IMG/VR virus record: IMGVR_UViG_3300042393_000573
Coordinates: 1 to 64,000 of that record
Length of the DNA stretch: 64,000 nucleotides
Strand: one strand, 5' to 3'
DNA from: an uncultured virus (IMG/VR IMGVR_UViG_3300042393_000573)
Taxonomy: Duplodnaviria; Heunggongvirae; Uroviricota; Caudoviricetes
Below, piece by piece: positions 49,982 to 58,976 of the stretch. The number at the start of each line of letters is the position of its first letter. Within the stretch, counting starts at the first letter, position 1. The notes under the pieces were generated by a model. That model worked only from the letters and a program-made list of their open reading frames with translations. It was not told where the DNA came from and did no database searches. The position numbers and the translations under genes were made by a program.

Positions 49982-50734
49982 TACACTAACTCCATTTCCT
50001 TATGGCAAGCATTGAAAAACTTTACATGGTCAAATCTTTCGTTATCGCTTTCAAACATTAGCGAAAACTCATCGACCAAATCTTCAAAAACTAATTGGTC
50101 ACCGATTAAATCTTTAAATCCGTGCAGGATTTCTGCGGTTGCTACATAGTCTTTGCGTGTCATCATTATTTGACCACCTTAAGAATTGCATATGAACCAT
50201 TAGCATTTAATTCATCAATGGCGGGTTGAATGCGGGGAGCAAGTAACTCTTTTAGCATTCCTTCAAGCATTACAATTTGCATTGACTCTGAAAGTCTAAG
50301 CAGTTGCATTCCTACGGGGTGAGTCTCGTCTACCTCTGTGATAAACTTTAGGTTGTGTTCGATTGATACTGTCATTTTTTTATTTCCTATTCTTTAGTTT
50401 GATTCGGGTGTATTGAATAAATTAAGGTCTTGCTCCATGCCAAAATCGCATACGCAAGATTCTACATCGAAATTATCTTCATCGCCAAAAAAGATTAAAC
50501 CTGTTGCGTGGCATTCTTCGCAAGGGATAGAGAGTACTGAGTTTATCATTAGATAAGTGCCTTTCCTCTAAGTGTTCCACGAATACCTAGCATGTCGCAA
50601 GATACTTTAACAGATACGCCAACAGGTAACGCATTAGGATAGTTAGAGATAAAATCTGCAACCTGTCCTTTAGTTGATAGGGGGATATTTTTTACGGAAC
50701 CTGAATAGGTTTCGAGTTTTATAGTGTAAGTCAT
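49981..50734 (-). CDS. operon of small hypothetical ORFs (49981-50166, 50166-50375, 50549-50734)
   Basis: TAATG coupling, SD motifs. Confidence 0.6.
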
Positions 50735-50767
50735 TTAGTGACTACCTTTCGTTTGTTTGTTAATATA

Positions 50768-50789
50768 AGTATAACAGGGGGGTCTGACA
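50768..50789 (-). promoter_or_regulatory. RecA-NDp/PafBC-type promoter
   Basis: TGTCAG-N10-TATACT. Confidence 0.65.
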
Positions 50790-51653
50790 AATTGGGCACT
50801 TATTTGCTTAGGCTCACTGTGATACTCGTCACATTTATTTGCTAAGGCTCATTGCTTTATTAGTCATTATTTAATTGTTATACTAGAAGTATAGCAAAGA
50901 AATGTCAAAAAAGCAAATCGACACGCCGTAAATGGGGGAAATAATTGTGTGACCTTAAACACATTAGTTATACACACCCCCTGTGGATAACCGCCACGTG
51001 CAAAAATCGCAGGGTATTTATCCATGCGATCTTTACTACTAGAGTGAATACAAAAAGCCAAACACAATCATTGCAATTAAAACTAATAACAATTTATTTA
51101 TCCTCGATTTCATTTAGTAATTCCCAAAGTACTGGCTCTAACTCTAACGCTACTGCGTCAAGTTTTTCTTGAAGTGTTTTCATTCGCTTATCCCCAAATC
51201 TTTTATATCTGCACAATAAACATTATCTTTATTCATTCCGTATTTTAATTGAAACTCAAATACATCAATGGCCTCATCATAGGACTCTGCCTCTACTGTT
51301 ACATAGACATTAAACTCATAGTTATTCATTACTTAACCTCCTTGTATAGAAAATCCCAAGCCTTACGGCATAACACGATAGAGTTACAGTTATCGCAACA
51401 GATAACACCATGAGGGTTTAGGTCATAGTCATACTGGTCGATTGTGGTAGTTACCGCACCACATACGGATTTGATAGGTACATAGGTACTCATTTATTTA
51501 CTCCTTCGAATAAGTCTTTACATTTGTTAGGGTTAGTCATGTATGACTGCCCCTCATGGTATAGCGCAGGGGCTAATACCACCTGACCACATGGGCATAG
51601 GTTCATCATGCCCTTTGGGTAATTGCTAGTGGTAGCAATTCTAGTCCAAATAC

Positions 51654-51836
51654 TCATTTAGTAACCGACCAATCTGACCACTCTGGTAGTCGTTCCATTC
51701 CATAGTCTAGCCAAAAGCGGTCTATATTCTGTTCGCAATCTTGGCAGAATGTGTATTGCACATCGGCTACCTCTGAGATAGCGGTGAAATAAGGGTTATG
51801 CTCTACGCATACTGTTGTTTTATCTAATGTAGTCAT
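51654..51836 (-). CDS. small zinc-binding protein
   Basis: CVEH..CQDC; SD AAAGGTGG. Confidence 0.6.
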   Translation of the reverse strand: MTTLDKTTVCVEHNPYFTAISEVADVQYTFCQDCEQNIDRFWLDYGMERLPEWSDWSVTK

Positions 51837-51892
51837 TTATGACCACCTTTCTTTAGCGGATTTCTTTACCGCTTGTGTTTCTTTATACTGTA

Positions 51893-52115
51893 AGTATAGC
51901 AGGGGGGTCTGACAAATTGAGGGGTGCAAAACGGACATTAGGGACATTATGAGGTGTATCACATGAGAGGTAGGTCACATTAGTAGGGGGAATTATAACG
52001 ATTGCGTAACAATAGTGAGGTTATCGGTGTGTCGATTTGACACGTGCCGTGTGACGGACATCACATGCGACACGCCGTGCTAGGACTTGACTTTTTGACA
52101 TTTCTCTGTTATACT
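51893..52115. promoter_or_regulatory. divergent promoter region at the strand switch
   Basis: minus strand: TGTCAG-N10-TATACT (51893-51914); plus strand: TTGACT-N17-TATACT (52087-52115); CRP box at 52050; GACAC sites at 52025 and 52068. Confidence 0.7.
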
Positions 52116-52138
52116 TGCAGTATACAAAATAAAGAAAG

Positions 52139-52649
52139 GTGTTCAAGATGAATACACTAAATAGAATACAAGCCGAGCAAGCGATTGCTCGCCATGAAGC
52201 CCATGAGAAGGCTATGGCTAAGTCACCATGGATAAGAGAAACAATTAACGCTTATCGCAACGCTACACCTGAGCAAATCGCTAAGGCTCAAGAATTACTA
52301 AAGAAAAGAGGGCTTATCAAATGACTATCACTTACTCACTATGGGACGGCGCACAATTACTAGGCGCAGGGCTTACTGCTAACTCAGCAGATGAAATGAA
52401 CAAGGTAGTAGCAGACCTACAAAAGGTTTCTGTCAATGTAGTAGCACACATGCGAAAGGTAACACAATGATTAAATTAACACTAACAACAACAAGCGGTA
52501 CAACGCGGGGTATGGAATTCGATACCAAGGAGCATGTACACGAGTTCATTGAATTGATGGGAAGCACCCTACACCAAGGTGTGGCGGTATGTATTGATGC
52601 ACCCATCATAGGTATACACAATGGATGGATACAGGGTAGAATGAAGTAG
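52139..52649 (+). CDS. short operon of small hypothetical ORFs (52139-52324 to 52467-52649)
   Basis: ATGA-coupled ORFs after the divergent promoter. Confidence 0.55.
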
Positions 52650-52666
52650 AAGGTTTTCCCAAGATC

Positions 52667-52698
52667 TAGTGCGTCTGTTATGGGCGCACTATTTTTTT
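52667..52698 (+). terminator. intrinsic terminator
   Basis: TAGTGCGTC...GGCGCACTA then T7. Confidence 0.8.
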
Positions 52699-52803
52699 GT
52701 GTGTATTTTCTGTATAGTGTGTATCGTACATCTGAATAAAATATTCCAAAAAGTGTAAATATAGAAATCTGAATAAATCTGAATTTTATGATATACTTAT
52801 AAT

Positions 52804-53400
52804 ATGAGAAAAGAATACACAAAAGTTCAATACAATGACAAAAATCAAAAACAATGTACAAATTGCAGGGAATATAAAAACCTATTACATTTTCACAAGT
52901 ACTCTAAAGCACAAGATAAACTAAAGCCTTGGTGCAAGGTTTGTGTAAAGGCATATGACATTAAAGAAAATGATGCCACACGTATATTTCCTAGAAAATT
53001 AGACTCTTCTGGCAATATTCATTGTCGCAACTGTGGAGAGTATTTTCCTCAAGAGGAAATGAAGCAATCTAAAAACGTTAAATATAAAGAATTATCATAT
53101 TGTATTACTTGTGCTCCCATACTTAGACATACAAGAAATATTGAAAGATATGGTTTGACAATGGAGCAATATCATAAAATGCTAGAAGATCAAGACTATA
53201 GTTGTAGGATTTGTGGTTTAAAAGAAAGTACATTTAGAAAGCGCCTATCTGTAGACCATAATCATTCCTGCTGTCCTGGAACTAGGGCCTGTGGTAATTG
53301 TATTAGAGGTTTGTTGTGTCATCACTGTAATGCTGCGCTAGGTAATGCCAAAGACAGCGTAGAGATCCTTCAAAGAATGATAGATTACTTAAAAAAATAA
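52804..53400 (+). CDS. endonuclease VII-like nuclease with N-terminal zinc fingers
   Basis: YGLT..Q..C.IC..LSVDH.H..IRGLLC..CN..LG. Confidence 0.85.
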   Translation: MRKEYTKVQYNDKNQKQCTNCREYKNLLHFHKYSKAQDKLKPWCKVCVKAYDIKENDATRIFPRKLDSSGNIHCRNCGEYFPQEEMKQSKNVKYKELSYCITCAPILRHTRNIERYGLTMEQYHKMLEDQDYSCRICGLKESTFRKRLSVDHNHSCCPGTRACGNCIRGLLCHHCNAALGNAKDSVEILQRMIDYLKK

Positions 53401-53850
53401 TTTTTCAGAATGGTGCTATAATAGATCTATGACCGAAACAAATTATGATGGCGATAACTGCTGCAAAGCATGCACATGCACTAATCCTCATATGAGTGCA
53501 CCACAGGAATAATTAAATGGGAATTCTGGACAATCTAGAAAATGCCTGGGATGAAAATTTCTTATTCGAATCCAAACCTATGCAATCAACAGACAATATG
53601 GGCAGACCTACAGACTACTCTTCGTTGGCTGTAAAAATATTTTCAGAAACTTGTTGCTCAGGATGTTCTTGCAAAAATGAATAGCGATCATCAAGAGTTA
53701 ACTCCAGAACAAAAACAAGCGGTTTTGCTATTTAATATTGAGCAAAGACTTAGACAACATATTGCAAACCAGATCGAGTTAAAATTTCACGGTACACATC
53801 ATGAAGCAGCACATGAGATAGCCCAATTTGTAAAAAATATGGCCTAAACC

Positions 53851-54238
53851 TTAATCCTTAATTTGATATAATTTCCACATACCTACATCAATAAACCCAT
53901 AGCAAATCATATTTGCATGCTCTTCTGAATCTGCATTTACAACAATATCCACATTAGACTCAATATAAATTCCTGGCTCGTAGTCTTTTTTGGCATTTGC
54001 CAGATATGCTTCTTGGACTTTTTCAAAAATTGGTTTGTAATAATATTTAGGCAAGTGCGCCACCTTCTTTCAATTTTGTGTAAATATTTGAAGCCATGTA
54101 TACTAACGTTGGATGTACTTGTGAAATTTGCGCTTCTGCTTCTTCATCGCTCATATTGTTTTGCTTGCAAAGTTCTCTGTTATCAGCAGTAATACTCTCT
54201 ACCATCATGTCAATAATTTCTTCTTTATTCATACCCAT
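53851..54238 (-). CDS. two small hypothetical ORFs (53851-54063, 54047-54238)
   Basis: overlapping ORFs downstream of 54229. Confidence 0.55.
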
Positions 54239-54999
54239 TCCTTTTCTTGGTTGTAAGTTACAGAATACTCTCCTGTAAATATCTCTGCATAAGAGATGAT
54301 ATCTCTATTATACCTTATAACGGTTTCTTTGCCAACTTTGTCGCATATGTACTTACTACCCATAGTTAGTGGTTTAAACTTCATACCCTGACCTTCTAGG
54401 GCGTTATTAAGGGTATCCAGGTATCGTTGCTTGCCGTATCGTTTAGAAGTAAATGATTGATCAACATAATCAAACCTTGCCTGTGCATCATTTTTTCTTG
54501 CAATGTCCGAATTGTCCATTATGTACTGTACTGCAGGATGATCCATCCGTGTTGACCAATTTCGCATGTTCTCGCTATATTTCTCCATGTTCTTGAGAGT
54601 TGAGTCAGCGAAAGCCATGCGTATGAGGTCAAGATTGGAGGTTTGAACCTCTGTTGCGAAACTTATCAAAAAGGCGGTTGCGAAAGGAAACTTGTCGCTA
54701 TATGTCGTGACGCCAAAGTGAACATTTGGATTAAACGACTCGACGGACATATTATCTTCCAAGAGTCGCATATGATTGCCGAGAGATACATACTCTTGCC
54801 GATTCATATCGCAGTCGACAAACAGACATTCTTCTGGATTGATCCCGTCGGCGAGACATAAAATATTTTTGTCGTATGAGCCTACTATTTGCGAACCGTT
54901 AAAACGCTCTAATAATTTTGCGGTCATAAAGCCATCCATGTCAGGGGATATAATAAGATTCGTCGAATGCTCTAATGTATTGAGTATGTCTGTCTTCAT
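54229..54999 (-). CDS. DHH-phosphoesterase-like protein
   Basis: ISPDMDG, FVDCD, GNH, FADS. Confidence 0.45.
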   Translation of the reverse strand: MKTDILNTLEHSTNLIISPDMDGFMTAKLLERFNGSQIVGSYDKNILCLADGINPEECLFVDCDMNRQEYVSLGNHMRLLEDNMSVESFNPNVHFGVTTYSDKFPFATAFLISFATEVQTSNLDLIRMAFADSTLKNMEKYSENMRNWSTRMDHPAVQYIMDNSDIARKNDAQARFDYVDQSFTSKRYGKQRYLDTLNNALEGQGMKFKPLTMGSKYICDKVGKETVIRYNRDIISYAEIFTGEYSVTYNQEKEWV

Positions 55000-55031
55000 T
55001 TTTAATAAACTCCATGTATAATAATATAGTT

Positions 55032-55298
55032 ATGACAATTCAAGACTGGGCTTCCTTAATAGTAGCAATACTTACAATTGTATCATCAATTGCCTTTGGA
55101 ATCAAGTGGCTTGTAAAGCATTATCTTTACGAACTTAAAACTAATGGCGGATCATCGGTAAAAGATCAAATTAATAGATTAGAAAGTGCTGTTGACGAAC
55201 AGAGAATTGACTCTATCAAATCTAGAGATCGCCAAGAAAAGAAACTTGACGAAATGTACGAAATTCTAATTAAGCACATTGCTGCTAATGATAAATAA
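55032..55298 (+). CDS. single-helix membrane protein (lysis-associated type)
   Basis: N-terminal hydrophobic helix, EL..NGGSS.KDQ..RLE. Confidence 0.6.
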   Translation: MTIQDWASLIVAILTIVSSIAFGIKWLVKHYLYELKTNGGSSVKDQINRLESAVDEQRIDSIKSRDRQEKKLDEMYEILIKHIAANDK

Positions 55299-55495
55299 TT
55301 TGCTATATACTATATATAAAGATAGTTTGTAAAACTATAAAGATAGTTCTTTTTTTTCTTATATATATTTAGTATACACTATTCAATACCTGGCATAAAA
55401 GACATATGGTAACAAATCGGACATTGTCTATTATAACAATTTGATAACTTTAAATGTTATGTCCGTTTTGTCTATTATGGTATACTTTTATTACT

Positions 55496-55548
55496 GGCTA
55501 ATACCTTGGTTTGTCCTATACCCACCAATCAAGGTATTAGTCTTTTTT
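55496..55548 (+). ncRNA. candidate hairpin sRNA or terminator with its own promoter
   Basis: TGGTATACT at 55478; 16-bp stem, C-rich loop, T6. Confidence 0.4.
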
Positions 55549-55564
55549 ATGGTATAATCACATT

Positions 55565-55945
55565 ATGACTATGCATGGACCAGAAGTTTTTGGAGCAGAT
55601 CCAGCCAGAATTAAATGGCAAATCGTTAGAGGAGATACCTCCCCGCTTCGTGTTGAATTTTTAGAAGATGACGAAGTAACATATTTTGATACTTCTGATT
55701 GGACCTTTGAGGCTACTACTTATGATCCTCAGTCTGATGCTCTTGATACCCTGGAAGTTACGGCAGGAAGTGGATATGTAGACATTATGGCTCCAGCATC
55801 TATTACTGAATTATGGGGTACTGGTTATAAATCAGTTGTAACAGAATTAACTTTTGACCTTCAAGTAACTATTGACGTAGAAACAATTTGGACACCTTTG
55901 ATTGGAACCATCTCAGTAATTGGAGATGTAACAGGTAGTCTCTAA
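55565..55945 (+). CDS. putative virion/baseplate-associated beta protein
   Basis: RGDT..FDLQV..GTI.V..DVT. Confidence 0.5.
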   Translation: MTMHGPEVFGADPARIKWQIVRGDTSPLRVEFLEDDEVTYFDTSDWTFEATTYDPQSDALDTLEVTAGSGYVDIMAPASITELWGTGYKSVVTELTFDLQVTIDVETIWTPLIGTISVIGDVTGSL

Positions 55946-56043
55946 TGGCAGTAGTTAAAATATCAACTCCAAGACCTGAGTTGCCCACGCTGGTTAGAAT
56001 TAAAGATAAAACTTTCAAAGTAAATAGGTGATATAATCTAGGC

Positions 56044-56316
56044 ATGACAACTCATGCCCTTACAACTCTTAGTAGCGCTTCTGCTACCAGACTAACTCCA
56101 AACGGAATGCATTCTGGAATGGATATTACAATTCAAAATGTAGATGCTTCTGCATATGTATACCTTGGAGGAGAAGGAGTGACAGCATCTGATTACGGAT
56201 ACCGTCTTGCCCCTGGCTCAGCATGGTCTGTAGAACTACCTGGACTAGATGCGCTATATGCAATCACAGATACCAACAACTCTAAAGTTGCATTATTTAA
56301 AATGGGACTTGATTAA
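56044..56316 (+). CDS. putative virion structural protein
   Basis: IQN..VYLGG..V....GY.L.PG. Confidence 0.5.
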   Translation: MTTHALTTLSSASATRLTPNGMHSGMDITIQNVDASAYVYLGGEGVTASDYGYRLAPGSAWSVELPGLDALYAITDTNNSKVALFKMGLD

Positions 56317-56318
56317 TC

Positions 56319-57143
56319 ATGGCACGTTTTACTACAACAGGTGGTAGCGGAGACGGGACTCCAGGAGCACCTGGTACACCAGGAGAAGATGGGGCAGATG
56401 CTATTTGGAATTACACTGGAGAATACAGTGGTGGCGCAGCATATGCTGTTGGAGATTTAGCAACATACGATGGACAACTTTGGTACCGTGCTAATGCAAA
56501 TGGTGGAAACGTTGGAGACACACCTGCACAAGGATTTATCTGGAACTTGCTTGCAGCAAAAGGTGCAGATGGAACAAATGGTTCTAGCGGACTTGTATAC
56601 TTAGGAAACTATATTTCAGGTAATGGATACATTACAGATCTTGCAGTTGTAAGAGGAAGCGATAACAATCTATACATTGCAAAAGCAAATGGTGGTTTAG
56701 CAGATCCAGTTGGTAACACTGCCGAGTGGGACATTTTCTCTAAAAACAGCACTTTTGTTATTGGTGGAGAAAGAAATAAAGTTCTTGTTTCTGATGAAGA
56801 AAGATTAGTATTGGTAAGCACAAGACCGCCTGGAGAAGAAGTATCTGAAAACCAATGGGTATTTGGATCTGATGGATTATTAACTGGCCCAGCACCAGAC
56901 AGTTTAATAAAAGTTAATGGACTTTATGGTAAAGATGCAGATCCTTTATTTTTACTTGCTCCTGACACTGTTGTTATATCTGGAGATGGTGGAGAATTCT
57001 TAGATGATCCAACTGTTGCTGATAATCAAATTGCAACTATTGGTGATTTACCAACGGGAGCAACAGGAACATTCCAAACCTCAGATAGCAAGATGGTTAC
57101 AGTTACCAACGGAATCATTACATCTATAGAGTCACTGACTTAA
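56319..57143 (+). CDS. tail-fibre-like protein with short collagen-like segment
   Basis: GTPGAPGTPGEDG; two Y..GD-type modules; VTVTNGIITSI tail. Confidence 0.6.
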   Translation: MARFTTTGGSGDGTPGAPGTPGEDGADAIWNYTGEYSGGAAYAVGDLATYDGQLWYRANANGGNVGDTPAQGFIWNLLAAKGADGTNGSSGLVYLGNYISGNGYITDLAVVRGSDNNLYIAKANGGLADPVGNTAEWDIFSKNSTFVIGGERNKVLVSDEERLVLVSTRPPGEEVSENQWVFGSDGLLTGPAPDSLIKVNGLYGKDADPLFLLAPDTVVISGDGGEFLDDPTVADNQIATIGDLPTGATGTFQTSDSKMVTVTNGIITSIESLT

Positions 57144-57163
57144 TATAGTGAGATAATAACTCC

Positions 57164-57895
57164 ATGGCTGTTTCTAAATCTATGGATTTCCCAGGTGCAA
57201 AAAAATCTTCTTATGCTGCACAAGTAGAACAAAGTCAAACATATCCTACTGTAGATAATGCTATTTCATTTCTTCCAGTCCCTGGCCCAGTCGGACCACA
57301 AGGACCTGCAGGTAGAGATGGCAGAAATGGCGAACAAGGATTGCAAGGAGCACAGGGAAATCCTGGCCCTAAAGGAGATCGTGGTCCAGCAGGAGTCAAT
57401 GGCCAAAGTTCATTGTCATCATCTGGACAACAAGCAGGTTGGGCCTCATATACAAACACTATTGAAAAACCAATCAAACTTGGTATCTCTCAAGGAGACG
57501 ATGGTTGGGTAACTCTTTTATTAGACACAAAAGATAAGAGTCAAAATGAAAAATACCTTCCAGCAGGCTGTACCAGTCTTTGGAATAGCCACCAGAGAGC
57601 CTTAAACTTTCACGGTATAAAAGAAGGCTCCCAAGTATCCGTAACATATAACTTTGAACTAACCACATATACCTCAAATACAGAGGTTTGGCTAAGAACC
57701 TATTTTGCAAGCAATGATCAGGAGTTTGTACAATTAGTAGGATCATTTAAATATCAGAATACTTATAATCTTTCAGTCACTCAACAAATATTTATTGAAA
57801 ACCAAGCAATGTGGGGCAATGGCGCTGTTCCACAAATTAGAACAGACTTTGATTCATCTGTAATATTCAATTCTGTCTACGTCAGCGTGGTATAA
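57164..57895 (+). CDS. collagen-like (Gly-X-Y) virion protein
   Basis: GPVGPQGPAGRDGRNGEQGLQGAQGNPGPKGDRGPAG. Confidence 0.75.
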   Translation: MAVSKSMDFPGAKKSSYAAQVEQSQTYPTVDNAISFLPVPGPVGPQGPAGRDGRNGEQGLQGAQGNPGPKGDRGPAGVNGQSSLSSSGQQAGWASYTNTIEKPIKLGISQGDDGWVTLLLDTKDKSQNEKYLPAGCTSLWNSHQRALNFHGIKEGSQVSVTYNFELTTYTSNTEVWLRTYFASNDQEFVQLVGSFKYQNTYNLSVTQQIFIENQAMWGNGAVPQIRTDFDSSVIFNSVYVSVV

Positions 57896-57902
57896 TAAAA
57901 CC

Positions 57903-58358
57903 ATGGCATTTCCAGCAACCTACGACTTTAATTACTATAAGGGTGACACCTTTGAGTTTCGTATCTACCCGAAAAAGAACGATGGAACGGTTTTTGACCT
58001 AAGTCCATTTTATGACAGCAATATTCTATATAACACAAACACTATTGATGGTGTTACTGGAGTCGCTCCATATGAGCAAGCAAGGTTTTCAATTGCCACA
58101 GCAAGAGGAAGTGCAGAATCAGCAACAATTAAATGTTTTGCTAGAGTTGATGTTGAGACTAATACTTTTGTCCAATGTGCAATTAGACCAACAGAAGGAA
58201 ATCAACTTGTTGCTGGCACAGAATATGTTTATGATGTTGAAGTAAGATATCCTGCTGGAGGACCAGATAGCCCATTTTATGAAAAAGTAATTACACTTAT
58301 GACTGGAACAATCACAGTTACTGATCAAGTCACACGAGATCCAGTCCCTGGAGATTAA
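57903..58358 (+). CDS. putative virion/baseplate-associated beta protein
   Basis: KGDTF..YVYDVE..GTITV..QVT; resembles 55565. Confidence 0.55.
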   Translation: MAFPATYDFNYYKGDTFEFRIYPKKNDGTVFDLSPFYDSNILYNTNTIDGVTGVAPYEQARFSIATARGSAESATIKCFARVDVETNTFVQCAIRPTEGNQLVAGTEYVYDVEVRYPAGGPDSPFYEKVITLMTGTITVTDQVTRDPVPGD

Positions 58359-58360
58359 CA

Positions 58361-58957
58361 ATGGCAGATATATTAGTATCAAATGACGATTTAACAGTTT
58401 TTGGTGGTCCAGTAGAAATAAGTCTTGACCTAGACATAGGGCCACAGGGTGATCGTGGAAGTATTATTGTGGGATCAAACGGAAATCCACAAGATGCAAA
58501 TGTTCATGCAGATATCCTTAACCTTCCAACAGGAATTGAAGCGCTAGATATTGCAATTGACTATAATCCATACTCAGATACATATAAAACAGTATTTCAA
58601 AGAATAGCGACAACAACTGGAACACAGTGGACTGAAATGCTTAGTTTAAAAACAAATTTTTATTCTGCTGTAAAAGATGTAACTGCTGCAAATGGAAAAC
58701 TAACTATTCCACCAATTAACGTAACAGAAATTGCAAGCGACGTAAACCTTACATCTGCAAGTTTTAGTATTCAGTATTCTATTTCATCTCCAGATACTGC
58801 TGGACCATTAGCAACAAATCTTGTAGTAAAAGATGTAGTAGATAGCGGAAGCATTAGAGCACTACCACTTGAAATAGAGGGTGTAGAATATGATGGAACA
58901 ACTTGGGGACCGATAACTGGTACTAAGCGTGTCCACCTATTTATTACGGTGGTATAA
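58361..58957 (+). CDS. putative tail protein
   Basis: GPQGDRGS; lies in the structural cluster. Confidence 0.5.
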   Translation: MADILVSNDDLTVFGGPVEISLDLDIGPQGDRGSIIVGSNGNPQDANVHADILNLPTGIEALDIAIDYNPYSDTYKTVFQRIATTTGTQWTEMLSLKTNFYSAVKDVTAANGKLTIPPINVTEIASDVNLTSASFSIQYSISSPDTAGPLATNLVVKDVVDSGSIRALPLEIEGVEYDGTTWGPITGTKRVHLFITVV

Positions 58958-58976
58958 TGAAAAAGGGTGATTTATA

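Noticed and set aside
41103..52046. CACGTG sites as parS
   Set aside because: Actinobacterial parS is GTTTCACGTGAAAC; the flanks here do not match
41000..52200. LexA SOS boxes or prophage integration functions
   Set aside because: No GAAC-N4-GTTC boxes noticed in the spacers, and no integrase or host genes in the window
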